DNA of 45,173 bases from Octopus bimaculoides (GCF_001194135.2 NC_068985.1:124319768-124364940); one strand, 5' to 3'. Positions 28,606 through 41,990 are shown, counted from the stretch's first letter. Translations and numbers: made by a program. Notes: a model not told the origin generated them from the letters alone.

Positions 28606-29880
28606 AAGAGAGAGACTGATTCGACAATCAACGCTTGACATTTTTATTTCTCATAATCTCATACTTTTTCTCACTTCCTCTTCCTACTAATCGATCTACC
28701 TGCGTTCACACCAGTTTTTCATTCTTTATGCCTGTTATTTTTGTTTCTTTCTTTCCTTCTTTCATTTTTTCACGCTTAAATCTTCCTCCAATATTTCAGC
28801 TCTCATTCCCCAACTTCCTTCTTAATCATTCTCTACCTTCCCATCTCTATGACCAATATCTGTTCTTCCAGTTTAACATAATCACAGTTTGACTACTTTA
28901 CAATCTCCTGCCGTTCGACTTGAGGCAGTTCTACAATAAATACCTTTCACCTTCGGGCTAAGAAACCTGATGTTACTGACAGCATTTATAGAAGGGATTG
29001 CAAAGGTGTCGGTGTTTCTGTATGTACACCACATCCCCATTACACACACATGCACATATTTATATTTACATTTAAATTTATACATATATATATATATGTA
29101 TGTATGTATGTATGTACATATACATACGTATGCATGTATGTATGTATACACATATGTGTGTGCGAATGTGTATGTATGTATGTAAGTACGTATGTATGTA
29201 TGCATATATATATATATATATANNNNNNNNNNNNNNNNNNNNNNNNNNNNNNNNNNNNNNNNNNNNNNNNNNNNNNNNNNNNNNNNNNNNNNNNNNNNNN
29301 NNNNNNNNNNNNNNNNNNNNNNNNNNNNNNNNNNNNNNNNNNNNNNNNNNNNNNNNNNNNNNNNNNNNNNNNNNNNNNNNNNNNNNNNNNNNNNNNNNNN
29401 NNNNNNNNNNNNNNNNNNNNNNNNNNNNNNNNNNNNNNNNNNNNNNNNNNNNNNNNNNNNNNNNNNNNNNNNNNNNNNNNNNNNNNNNNNNNNNNNNNNN
29501 NNNNNNNNNNNNNNNNNNNNNNNNNNNNNNNNNNNNNNNNNNNNNNNNNNNNNNNNNNNNNNNNNNNNNNNNNNNNNNNNNNNNNNNNNNNNNNNNNNNN
29601 NNNNNNNNNNNNNNNNNNNNNNNNNNNNNNNNNNNNNNNNNNNNNNNNNNNNNNNNNNNNNNNNNNNNNNNNNNNNNNNNNNNNNNNNNNNNNNNNNNNN
29701 NNNNNNNNNNNNNNNNNNNNNNNNNNNNTATATATTTATATATTTATATATTTATATTTATATTATAATGGAATAATTACTGTGAAGCATTGTGTAGAAT
29801 ATATTGTATCGTGGGTAGGGCCAAATCAATGCGAAGTAAATGCAAGGTAAATCACAAGAAAACAAATATGTGAATTAATA

Positions 29881-30714
29881 TAGACCTACCTTGTATTCAA
29901 TATTTCGAAGTATTGACCCCATTTTCAAGAAATACACGAATGTTGTGCCTGCGTGGAGTGGACATGCGCGGAAAGGTGTTTCTATAGCAACCAGCTAGCT
30001 TCCTGTAACTCTCTTCTGTTGTTGATCTTGGGTTTCTTTTGGTGTATGAGGATGACCTTAGAGATTCTAAGGTTGCCCCCTGTTCCACTGTTTTGCCTTG
30101 ATGTGCACTGTGAATTCCCGAGTCTGGCATTTCTGCAAGGTGTTTCTTCACGGAAGTGTCTGCCTGCATGTGTTCTTTAATGAGTATATGCAGCTTTCTT
30201 ACCGTGCTTCCTATGTTTAGCTAAACAACGGCGCCTAAAGAACATCAAGGTCAATAAACCCCGGAAGAACCATGATACTCATAAGTCCGGCACACGCTTC
30301 CTTAAGCTACCACACTTTGACGACAGAACTACTGCAGCGATACAACACGCAGTCTGAAAGGAAGGACTCGACATGCAGACAGTTCACACTGGCCCTTCCC
30401 TGAGAAAAGCTCTGTCTAAGAACAATATCTCTCACTACTCCGAGGAATGCACATTGTTGAACTGCTCCATCAATGACCCTGGATTGTGCCAGAGGACCTA
30501 TGTTGTATATGGGATCATCTGTGGCAAATGTGGCGCATCCTACATAGGAAGCACAACAAGAAAACTACATATACTCCATTAAGAAACACATGCAGGCAGA
30601 CACTTCCGTGAAGAAACACCTACAGAAATGCCAGTCCGGGAATTCACAGTGCACATCAAAGCAAGACAGCGGAACAGGGGCAACCTTAGAATCTCTGAGA
30701 CCATCCTCACACAC
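29881..30714. mobile_element. Penelope-like element 3' region (GIY-YIG) with inverted duplicate on its 5' side
   Basis: Plus frame from 30223: RFLKLPHFDD..KEGLD..GPSLRKALS..LCQRTYVVYGIICGKCGASYIGSTTRKLH, then EFTVHIKARQRNRGNLRISE; 30042-30216 is a diverged reverse complement of 30542-30714. Confidence 0.85.
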
Positions 30715-30957
30715 TCTTGTACTTTCCGCCATATTCTTTTCGATGATGCTCCAACGTGGTTTTAAGAATTACCATGAAGGTGTAAAAATTCGGTTACGCA
30801 TAGGTATACTAAACCTAAATGGGTAAAGCTTCAGATTAAAAGAAAATACCAAAGAAGAGATTCAATAGTAGTGTCAGTTATGGAAAAACCCCATAAAATC
30901 CTGTTATTATTCTTAATCATAGCCTCAGGTGCGTGTTCATACAACTTTTCTGCAATG

Positions 30958-30987
30958 ATAGACAGATAGATAGATAGACAGATAGAC

Positions 30988-31054
<67 letters not shown>

Positions 31055-31055
31055 C

Positions 31056-31114
<59 letters not shown>
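30958..31114. repeat. (GATA/GACA)n microsatellite
   Basis: Directly visible. Confidence 0.97.
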
Positions 31115-31897
31115 AATGCGTTTATGTTTGTATGTGTATGCCTGTGCGTAAGTGTATGTATAAACACAAATACAAACGAATCGCTTCTTGAAACCGACAT
31201 ATTGGAGATGTAAGGAAAATAAACTAGAAAACAATACTTAAAATGTAAATAAAATCCAGAAAGTTTCACAGTATAGAAGGGAGAGAGAGTATAAAAAATA
31301 ATAGAAAGAATAAACACAGATAGTGAGTAATGAGAGAGAGGGGAGAGAATAGAGATGGCGAATAGAGAAAGCATGAGAGAGTAAAGAGAGAAGTCAATTA
31401 TAGGGATGGGGAATGATTAGGGAGAGAAAGAAGGGGAGAGAGAGTGAGTGTGTGGGTGTGGATGGGTGTGTAAAAAGAGTGCGAATTTCGATTGAGTGAG
31501 GAAGTGAGAGAGAAAAATTAGAGAGAGTTAAACTAATGAAACAGAGAGATGTAGAGCTAAAAGGAGAGAAAAGGGAAGAAAAGAGTGCTATTGAAAAGGG
31601 AGATGTTACATAGAAAGAAAAAGAGATTAGAGAGAAAATAAAAACTGCTTCTGGCGTTCTTAGATCTGCTGCACCACACTGTCGCCATTTTGACTGTGGG
31701 TTTTGGATTATTAAAAAACAGCAAACAAATAAAGATTTTAAAAAAAACGTAGAATATTGGTAAGCGAAAAACTAAAGCCTACTTGGACAAATTGTTCAGA
31801 TAATAATGTATGGAGAACAGAAGTATTTCATAGCCTAAGGGTATATAAACACTGGAAGTATACGGAGAATATTTTGAGGAGATTTCTGTTTCACAGT

Positions 31898-31970
31898 GCA
31901 TGCATGTATGTATGCATGCATGTATGTATGTATGTATGTATGTATGTGTGTGTGTGTATATGTGTGTGTG

Positions 31971-32004
<34 letters not shown>

Positions 32005-32238
32005 CGCATGCATGTCTGTATGTATGTATGGATGGATGGATAGATGTATGTATATGTGTGTGAGTATGTGCGGATGCATGATTTTATGCATCCAATAATA
32101 TATAGGAAGTGTTTTTATGTGTATATGAGTATTTATAGGAATGGATTTGCTCATGTATGTATTTATGCGTGAATGTGCTGGGGTTATATGTCATTTTTGT
32201 GAGCTTAAATGCATATATACCCTATGTATATAAATATA

Positions 32239-32309
<71 letters not shown>

Positions 32310-32488
32310 GCTGGTACCATTGGATGACTCCTGGAAGGTATTTATACTCTACATGTGCATATGCCTGCACATGGATATATTTATATATGAATAAAGATTT
32401 ATAAGTCAACATAAGAGTATATATGTACGGACATAAAAATGTGCAAATGTATTATGTATTTGAAAGCGTCCTTGTACGTTTGTATGCA

Positions 32489-32565
<77 letters not shown>

Positions 32566-32735
32566 TGTGTGTGTGCATGTGTGTGTATATATGTGTATAT
32601 ATGTAAGTTTGAATTTTTATGAGTATCTGCATGTGTGTATTTATGTATGCGTTTGAATTTTAACACTTTCCCTCTTTATTCATCTTTCTCTCGTCTTCTC
32701 TCTCACACTCTTTCTCACTCAGTCACCCTCTCGTT

Positions 32736-32781
<46 letters not shown>

Positions 32782-33017
32782 AACGCTCTCTTCTGCTCTC
32801 GGTCGATCTCTCTATCTTATTATAGGTGTATATAAATGTAATTATATGGGTGTGTCCATATGCGTATATTTGAGCTACTTTAAGTTCTGCCTACCTATAC
32901 AAGCCCACCATCTATGCCTCTGTCCGTACATATAACTTGTTCTTCCATTTTCTCTCTCTTTCCCTAGTTGTATAGTTTTCTATGTGTTTTTATATCTATC
33001 TATCTATCTATCTATCG

Positions 33018-33071
<54 letters not shown>

Positions 33072-33300
33072 TTCTCTCTCTTCTCTCTCTCTCTCTTTCT
33101 TTCCCTTACTTTCCCCATTTGTCTGTTTACAAAATCTCCCATACATCTTTCTGTCATCTCACTACCTTTATATTGGGCTGCTTGTAAGTTTTTATGTCGA
33201 ACTGTTGCTTTATTTATCTATTTTCCTAATTATATGCACGCAAACACATATATACGCACACGCACGCAAACACACACATACACATATATGTATGTGTGTG

Positions 33301-33342
<42 letters not shown>

Positions 33343-33480
33343 CATATGTACATATATATATCTATATATGTATATATATGAACATACATATAGATGTATA
33401 TGCATATACGTATACATAATTATATACACACATATATGTATGTGCGTGTGTGCACAAGTACTATGCATGTCCGTCTGTCT
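31898..33480. repeat. Dense cluster of (TATG)n, (TA)n, (GT)n, (CT)n and (TATC)n microsatellites with short unique spacers
   Basis: Directly visible; explains the local ORF track. Confidence 0.9.
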
Positions 33481-33792
33481 GCTTGCATGCATGTATGTGT
33501 GCATATGTGTATATATCTGTAACAATCTATGTATATCACTCAGGTTAATTTCTAAATGCCTGTATTCGTATACGTGCACGTTTTCAATAGTATGTCCGTG
33601 TGCGCGTGTTTTCGAAAGGAGGAACATTGGCCGTGTAGCCAGTGACAACACAATGGCAGTCGACATTCACCTTTCTATGTAAACACCTACCTCGGATGCC
33701 CAAATATGAACATGCACTGGATTCAGAGAGAGAATGAGGGGGAGGAGGATATACAGAGAGAGAGAGAGAGAGAGAGAGTGTGNNNNNNNNNN

Positions 33793-33833
<41 letters not shown>

Positions 33834-33980
33834 GGAGAAAAGGGGAGTAAGGCTGGAGATAAAGCAAGAGAGACGAAAAAGAGAGAGTGAGAGGTACACT
33901 ATAAGGAGATAAACATCAGACATTTTTGTTGGGTTCTAATCTCACGGTGGTGGTCATGGACTGTGCCCATTTGATTAAAT

Positions 33981-34235
33981 CAGTGGTTATCAACTGCGAT
34001 CCATATCACCTTTGGGGAGGTCTATACTATTTTTTTTTAATTTATGCACAATAAATTGTTTTTTTTTTACAATACACAAAATATTTTAACCATTTATTAT
34101 ACAATTCCTAATAATATTTAATAATGAAAATATAATAGGTTTTTTTTTTAATGTATCGAATGGTTATGAGGTCCATCCGAGTAGAATAGGAATCAAAGGG
34201 GACCATAGGTAAAAAAATATGGTTGAGAATCATTG
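33981..34235. mobile_element. hAT (Charlie-like) MITE, 255 bp
   Basis: TIRs cagtggttatcaac ... gttgagaatcattg (cf. CAGTGGTTCTCAAC); 8-bp flanks gattaaat/catttact match only 5/8. Confidence 0.7.
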
Positions 34236-34284
34236 CATTTACTTAATGGAGGAGCTAAACAGAGAGAGTGAGCGTTTCCCTGTG

Positions 34285-34478
34285 GTCACTGTAGCTGCTA
34301 AAAGAGCAGCCATGTTACTTTCCTTTGCACCCCACCCACTTGAGGTCACACCCTAGTGTTTCATAATATGATAAATTCGTTGCATAATGTAGTTAAGGAT
34401 GTGGGTTGGCCACATTTGGAACGCCTTTAATTTATAGGTGTTTTCGACCAGTTGTGACCTGGATCTAAGCAACAACAA
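34285..34478 (+). mobile_element. Family C repeat fragment
   Basis: tcacaccctagtg..ataatgtagtt..ggaacgccttt..gaccagttgtgacctggatctaagcaacaac. Confidence 0.55.
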
Positions 34479-35294
34479 AGATAACACTTAAAACTCTTAA
34501 ATTTATAAATAATCGAATTTTATCATTTTATCTTGTAATTATGTATAGGTTTACGCATGCGCGTGAGTGTGTGAATGTGTATATAATATATATATATATA
34601 TATATATANNNNNNNNNNNNNNNNNNNNNNNNNNNNNNNNNNNNNNNNNNNNNNNNNNNNNNNNNNNNNNNNNNNNNNNNNNNNNNNNNNNNNNNNNNNN
34701 NNNNNNNNNNNNNNNNNNNNNNNNNNNNNNNNNNNNNNNNNNNNNNNNNNNNNNNNNNNNNNNNNNNNNNNNNNNNNNNNNNNNNNNNNNNNNNNNNNNN
34801 NNNNNATATACATGTACATATGTGTGTGTGTATCTATCTATATCTATGCATGTAAGAGTATATGTGAGGGGGCTTATGTGAGTGTATATTTATACCTATG
34901 TATCTATCTACATATATATGCATGCATGTATGCATACATATATATATATATATATGTGTGTGTGACTATGTGTTTGTGTGTGTGTGTGTGTGTATGCGTG
35001 TGTGTTTCTATGAGTGTGGTTCCGTATATGTATGTACGTGCGTGTGGAGACATCCATTTATTTCATCTGTGGAAGATACTTCTTGTTGAAAACCTTAAAA
35101 ACCTAAGTTAAAAATAAATAAATGAAATAAGACGTGTTCTGCATTGAAATGATTGAGATAGCGGTTGTAGATTGGATCCCTATCTTAAGTCCTTGGTAAC
35201 TGAGGTCATATGTACTCTAATGAAAGGTTTGCACAATTTATAGAATTCTGTCGTTTTTCTGAGACAGTGATGTGATCTCGACAATTATTGAAAT

Positions 35295-35430
35295 GGCAAC
35301 GAATCGGAAGAGTTGCTAGAGCGTCGAATAGAATTCTTTACGCTATTTGTTCCAGTTCTCTACATTCAGCGTTCAAATCCTGCCGATTTCAACTGTGTGT
35401 TTCAACCTTTTGACATCGATGAGAAAAAAA
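35295..35430 (+). mobile_element. Highly degraded family A SINE
   Basis: gcgttcaaatcctgccgatttcaactgtgtgtttcaaccttttgacatcgat. Confidence 0.55.
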
Positions 35431-36696
35431 AAATATTCTGCCAATGCAGAGCCCCAGGGCAGAGCAGAACCGTCGGAGCGATGGACGAGTTGGCTTGCGG
35501 TATTTGTTTCAGCTCTCTGTTATGCACTTTTATGGCAACGCCAGCAGCGACACTAGTACTTTCTTAAGACAATCACAGCTGCAACATCATCAATATCAAT
35601 AAATGCAACAACGATATCACCAGACTGACAACTAGAGACAAAATGAAAAGAGAGCCAGCCATATGTCGTAAATCTTTGATTACCGTCGACTTTCTTCTCA
35701 GTTTGACGTGAGAACGTGTTAAACTTTAATTTGTTTTTGTGTTTGTTTGTTTGTTTTTTCTTTATAGCGTGTATTTGTTTTGCTTGCCTGTAGTCTGGTC
35801 GGTGTGTAGCTTGTTGGTTGCAATATGATGTATGACAATTTTAGGATACTTTTGTTTCTTTTTTCTCTTTATTTATTATTTATTTATTTTTTTTGCATCG
35901 TACACCCTTCCTACCCGTTCCACTATCCGCCACTGTCTATAAGTTATGTCGTAGACACTCAAACACACTTGCGTATATGCTTGTATCTGTATGCCTGTAT
36001 GTGTATTTTGTGTGTGTATGTATGCATCATATGAAAAAGTGGTTCGTAAATTGACCAAGCCCCACCCATCTACCAAATTATTATGAAAAATATTTGCCTC
36101 CTTCTGCCGCTTTATTAATGAGATGACAAAATAGAGTTTCCAGCCATATAATTCTTCCTTTGCTATGGTGTTGGACAAGTTTATAAAGTGTAAAATCATC
36201 TTAATTTTATTAAACATGGCAATTTGTCCGTCTCCATTTCGACCCTTCCAGCCCCCTCTACTTGGTGGTGGGTGGGCGTGCTCTCCTATGGAAAAACATT
36301 GATGTAAAGCACGAATATCACAACAACGTTGTATTTTTTGATTATTGTCACTTCAAATTATAAACCTTTGTAAGGCACTTGAAAATTATATAAAGAGCAA
36401 AGTCAAGTGGCAAACGAATTTAGTTTGGAGAAAAACACCAAGTATCGAAACAGTTACCTGGTGAACTCTTTGTGTCTTTTCACTTTATGCTTTTCCCGTT
36501 TAGTCAGGAGAGAATAGCACTGCCTATAACCCTTTTTTTAGGGCCTCTGTTGCTGGTGGAAGGAAAGAAATAAGTTATCTTCAAACTGGTTCCTGGTCCC
36601 AATACTTGCACGCACACACTCACACACACACCTATATATATACCTGATTCGCAGGTTGCCTGTGTTTCGTTCCAATGGAAACAATAAAGCTTGGTC

Positions 36697-36940
36697 TGTC
36701 ATGCTCGAGACTTTTCTGTATCGATCAGAGTCACTGAACGTAACACAGGTAACCTTCGAATCAAGGAAGCTATCCTAATTCATAAGCAACACACAAAGCT
36801 GTCAAACTGTAACAACTGCAGTCTGCGCATCTCATTAGCCTCTCCTTCATATCTCAGCAACTGAGCAATTGTTGTATTCCGTCAACCATTTCTCCACGCG
36901 TTCTGAAGAAGGAGTCCTCAAATATCGAAGAAATACAGCG
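36697..36940 (+). mobile_element. Second Penelope-like 3' fragment from a different family
   Basis: DFSVSIRVTERNTGNLRIKEAILIHK aligns by eye to EFTVHIKARQRNRGNLRISE of the 30.6-kb element; followed by ctgaagaaggagtcctcaaatatc (36903-36926). Confidence 0.65.
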
Positions 36941-37112
36941 TAAAACTTGAACTGTTATTCTGTTTTCATCTTTGTATTTCATTGCGTATTGTGTCGGCCT
37001 TAACAAGTATATATCCAATCTAATATCACATAACGCTTCACTCAAAGTACTCTATTATAAGATGTGTGTGTCAATTATAATATGAGTGTGTCAAAATTTA
37101 TTGTTAAATAAG

Positions 37113-37275
37113 ACAGCGAGCTGGCAGAAACGTTTGCACGCCGGGCGAAATGCTTAGCAGTATTTCGTCTATTTTTAGGCTCTGAGTTCAAATTCCGCCG
37201 AGGTCGACTTTGCCTTTCATCCTTTCGGGGTCGATAAATCAAGTACCAGCTGCGTACTGAGGTCGATCTAATGAC
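37113..37275 (+). mobile_element. Family A SINE, 3'-truncated
   Basis: gacagcgagctggcagaaacgtttgcacgccgggcgaaatgcttagc..gagttcaaattccgccgaggtcgactttgcctttcatcctttcggggtcgata. Confidence 0.92.
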
Positions 37276-37296
37276 AAAACAACAATGTTTATTAAT

Positions 37297-37495
37297 ATAC
37301 ATCTCATTTTCAAAGTTTAATAGAATCCGCAGATTTCATATTTTTATGAACCACTGTTTACAAAGTGAATGACTTGCCAGGTCCAGATACTCCTGATAAC
37401 TCGAAGCAATTGGATCGCAAACATCAAGAAATATTTGTGCACATTCTCATTCTATGACTGCCCTCAATTTTTCGACTGTTGCCGGTGTTGTACTG
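37297..37495 (-). mobile_element. Tc1/mariner-superfamily transposase C-terminal fragment and probable terminus
   Basis: Reverse translation STTPATVEKLRAVIE*ECAQIFLDVCDPIASSYQEYLD (cf. KPATxxELRxxIERECAQI..VCDSIASRCQQCLD). Confidence 0.6.
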
Positions 37496-37499
37496 AAAA

Positions 37500-38372
37500 A
37501 CGTATCTTTAAAAAAAGAATCTCTTTACCCAAACCACCTGTTTGGCACAATCTCGTCAAAATTTCATATATGCCCTTATTTTACTATGGTAGTGTAGTGA
37601 TGTGGCCAGTTTTGCTGGAAATAACAATCCACATCTCCATAATTCTCTGGAATACTTGGCATGACAGTGTGTCGCAGCACGTACAGTTCTTCCCCAAAAA
37701 TTAGTACAATTAATCTTTTTTAATAGTAAGCCGCGATATACTGTAATTCCTAATAAATTAACATGATGTTCCTCCGTAATATGCAGATTCTCACGTCTCC
37801 TGGAGCAGTTCTGGCGGTTACAATCAACCACCACAATTGCTACTGGAGATTTGAGAGCCTAAAGTCCTGAGAGCCGTTTAATCCAAATGTTATCTCTTCA
37901 CAGCAAACAATCTTTATTGGGAAGTGTAATCTACACATTTTGCCAAGTACTACATGCAAAACTCTTCTTTCCAGATCATCTTCATTGAGCACATTGACTA
38001 TTCTTGAAATATAACTTCTCCAACGATATCGCTTTCAAATGCGATGGACACTTGATTTTCAAATTCCTAACTCGTGAGTCGCTCGTCACTCAGATTTGTT
38101 TGAACTACAAGACGTTATCTTATGCAATCCCTTGCATTGTGGGGTTCGTCGATGTCCACAATCTTGTGGACATTTTGAACAGTTCCTTCTGGTTTAAACT
38201 TATCTCTAATTCGAGTGATGGTAAGTCGTGTAGGTGAATCTGTTTGAAACTCCCTCCGAAACGACATTTCCGCTTCGACGGCAGCACTTTAAGAACTCTC
38301 AGCAGCGCTTTAAGACAAATCAAACTTTGTTCCAGTTTTGGTAGTCATCCTTCATTATTTCTAATGGGTTAA
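37500..38372 (-). mobile_element. piggyBac-like 5' portion: TTAA-CCC terminus, acidic N-terminus, N-terminal transposase region
   Basis: TTAA at 38369-38372 followed on the minus strand by CCCATTAG; ITEEHHVNLLGITVYRG (cf. TEEELxAFLGIxIYAG); RELWRC (cf. RELLRCLRFD); EI(F)DEIVPN (cf. IRDIFDEIV). Confidence 0.55.
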
Positions 38373-38434
38373 ATCTAAAAGAGAAATGAAAATTAAGTTG
38401 TCAGCTATTAAGTATATATATATATATATACATA

Positions 38435-38475
<41 letters not shown>

Positions 38476-38507
38476 TATATATATGTATGTATAAATATAT
38501 GTATAAA

Positions 38508-38541
<34 letters not shown>

Positions 38542-39105
38542 NNNNNNNNNNNNNNNNNNNNNNNNNNNNNNNNNNNNNNNNNNNNNNNNNNNNNNNNNNN
38601 NNNNNNNNNNNNNNNNNNNNNNNNNNNNNNNNNNNNNNNNNNNNNNNNNNNNNNNNNNNNNNNNNNNNNNNNNNNNNNNNNNNNNNNNNNNNNNNNNNNN
38701 NNNNNNNNNNNNNNNNNNNNNNNNNNNNNNNNNNNNNNNNNNNNNNNNNNNNNNNNNNNNNNNNNNNNNNNNNNNNNNNNNNNNNNNNNNNNNNNNNNNN
38801 NNNNNNNNNNNNNNNNNNNNNNNNNNNNNNNNNNNNNNNNNNNNNNNNNNNNNNNNNNNNNNNNNNNNNNNNNNNNNNNNNNNNNNNNNNNNNNNNNNNN
38901 NNNNNNNNNNNNNNNNNNNNNNNNNNNNNNNNNNNNNNNNNNNNNNNNNNNNNNNNNNNNNNNNNNNNNNNNNNNNNNNNNNNNNNNNNNNNNNNNNNNN
39001 NNNNNNNNNNNNNNNNNNNNNNNNNNNNNNNNNNNNNNNNNCAGGGTTATTTCCCTTCTTCAGCGTACGATAATCGCCGACCTTTGATGAGAATGACAAT
39101 CCCTT

Positions 39106-39495
39106 GGCAATATATAAGTCAAGATGGCAATATATAAGTCAAGATGGGAAGGATAACTTCCCTTGGCAAATATAAATGGCAAATATACTTCACTTTATCG
39201 TGCAGTTACTGTTAACACCTCGTTCAGAGATTTAACATTGCTTGTTTTCACTTTTTCGATATCAGTGAATAATTCGATATCAGTGAATAACTCGGGTCCG
39301 TACGTATCGCAGATCAAGATGGGAAGGATAACTTCCCTTGGCAAAAATAGACAGGGCACAGATATGTGTCGATAAGCCAGCTGGAGGAGATGTTCTCCTG
39401 GGGCTAAAAGCAACAGTAACATCCACCCTTAGGGGTCAGCCACATTTAAATGGCAAATATACTTCACTTTATCGTGCAGTTACTGTTAGCACCTC
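39106..39495 (+). repeat. Nested local duplications next to a ~935-N gap
   Basis: 20-bp tandem (39106-39145), 18-bp tandem (39255-39290), 32-bp repeat (39139-39170/39314-39345), 49-bp repeat (39173-39221/39447-39495). Confidence 0.9.
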
Positions 39496-40430
39496 NNNNN
39501 NNNNNNNNNNNNNNNNNNNNNNNNNNNNNNNNNNNNNNNNNNNNNNNNNNNNNNNNNNNNNNNNNNNNNNNNNNNNNNNNNNNNNNNNNNNNNNNNNNNN
39601 NNNNNNNNNNNNNNNNNNNNNNNNNNNNNNNNNNNNNNNNNNNNNNNNNNNNNNNNNNNNNNNNNNNNNNNNNNNNNNNNNNNNNNNNNNNNNNNNNNNN
39701 NNNNNNNNNNNNNNNNNNNNNNNNNNNNNNNNNNNNNNNNNNNNNNNNNNNNNNNNNNNNNNNNNNNNNNNNNNNNNNNNNNNNNNNNNNNNNNNNNNNN
39801 NNNNNNNNNNNNNNNNNNNNNNNNNNNNNNNNNNNNNNNNNNNNNNNNNNNNNNNNNNNNNNNNNNNNNNNNNNNNNNNNNNNNNNNNNNNNNNNNNNNN
39901 NNNNNNNNNNNNNNNNNNNNNNNNNNNNNNNNNNNNNNNNNNNNNNNNNNNNNNNNNNNNNNNNNNNNNNNNNNNNNNNNNNNNNNNNNNNNNNNNNNNN
40001 NNNNNNNNNNNNNNNNNNNNNNNNNNNNNNNNNNNNNNNNNNNNNNNNNNNNNNNNNNNNNNNNNNNNNNNNNNNNNNNNNNNNNNNNNNNNNNNNNNNN
40101 NNNNNNNNNNNNNNNNNNNNNNNNNNNNNNNNNNNNNNNNNNNNNNNNNNNNNNNNNNNNNNNNNNNNNNNNNNNNNNNNNNNNNNNNNNNNNNNNNNNN
40201 NNNNNNNNNNNNNNNNNNNNNNNNNNNNNNNNNNNNNNNNNNNNNNNNNNNNNNNNNNNNNNNNNNNNNNNNNNNNNNNNNNNNNNNNNNNNNNNNNNNN
40301 NNNNNNNNNNNNNNNNNNNNNNNNNNNNNNNNNNNNNNNNNNNNNNNNNNNNNNNNNNNNNNNNNNNNNNNNNNNNNNNNNNNNNNNNNNNNNNNNNNNN
40401 NNNNNNNNNNNNNNNNNNNNNNNNNNNNNN

Positions 40431-40496
<66 letters not shown>

Positions 40497-40855
40497 CAAA
40501 ACGATGGGTTTTATTTCTGCTTTCAGTAATGCTTTATATGTTTTCGTTTCAAGTCTTATTCAATTTTCTTCTCATATTTCAGTTTTATCTTCTTTTAATT
40601 ACCCTTATTCTTATTCCATTCACTCTCATTATTTTCCCTGACTCCGCTCTCATACTTTATTGCTTCTACTTCATCTTTCTGTTTCTCCATCCTTTATACT
40701 CACACACACACACACACACACACTTATCGTTTCTTTCCATCAAATTCTGAGTTCATCCCTTTGTAATTCCCACGACATTCCACATCACTTTATATTACAC
40801 CGAAATATGAATTTATTTATTCCTTCTTTCTTTCCTTTCTTCCTTCCCTTCTTTT

Positions 40856-40910
<55 letters not shown>

Positions 40911-41719
40911 GTCCCTATGTATATTTTATCCGTTCTATATATCTCTTTTACACGTATATACCCACCTTACTTGATTCAGTTCTTTTACCTTTAGTATTTA
41001 TACTTGTTTTCCTTTTCTTTTTAAATACTATGGCTTCAACATCTTCAACAGTCAATCAATCAACATATTGTGGGGCCCTCTGTTTTTATCTCTAAATTAA
41101 CCCTTATATCTATTTATCTATTAGTCTGTCTCTTCATCTATTCATCTATTTGCTTCAGCCTTTCTATTTATTTACTGTTCCAGCTTATCTGTGTTCCTTT
41201 CTATTTATCTACCTTTCCGCTAACCTATCTACCTCTCTATCTATAATTATATCCATTTATCTCTATATTTATCATTTCCATTTATTTCTCTGCCAATTAT
41301 CTGTTTGAAATTTAATTTGGTCTTATAAGATCTAAAATATATTTATTTTCCTTCCTTTTCTTCCTGTCAAACGAAATATCTCACACAGAGTTTGATCGAT
41401 AATTCCTGTAATACGTCCTGCGATTTATCTTTGTCTTCACTTCCGGCCTTATCACACCTAGATTCGAAGAAATAATGGGTAAAAACATTGTGTCTCACTC
41501 CATGTTATTCTTGATACAGCACCTATTTCGTATGGTACTGCAGAGGATGTTTCCGGCATGGATAACGTGAGTGAAATATATCAGCAACACAGTAATTAGC
41601 TTGGCAAATTTTGACTCGACCAGATTTCGTTTCAAAGACGTAGGTGACATCTTATAAGGTAGATGACACATCAATAAATAAATTATTTACACGAAATCAA
41701 GTAGAAAGCGTGTGCACAA

Positions 41720-41990
41720 TCGCTGGACTTGCTAGGAAAACCATCCAAATCACAATCAGATCACACCCTACCACCATAACAAAGAAAAGGGAAATGCACA
41801 TTGAATAATGTAAGCCTTCCTATGGTCTCGGTCCGTAGGAAAGAATTGTGCCATCATCTGCGATTGATCCAGTTGGTGTCACAACTAAATACATTATGCC
41901 TTTAAAAGGTTACGGAATGCTCACTGTTGGAATACCTTTCTAGAATGTTCATTCGATCAAAGCTGATTTGGTGGGGCTAAAAACCAACAT
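41720..41990 (+). mobile_element. Family C repeat fragment, diverged
   Basis: atcacaccctacc..cacattgaataatgtaag..ggaatacctt..cgatcaaagctgatttggtggggctaaaaaccaac. Confidence 0.55.

Noticed and set aside
33691-33716. Minus-strand 26-nt AG/GTAGGT micro-exon candidate
   Set aside because: The pyrimidine tract is just a (CT)n microsatellite; too short to support.
35876-36217. Reverse ORF with GWGLVNLR, like the L1/Tx1 GGLGL motif
   Set aside because: Single short motif, no neighbouring LINE domains.
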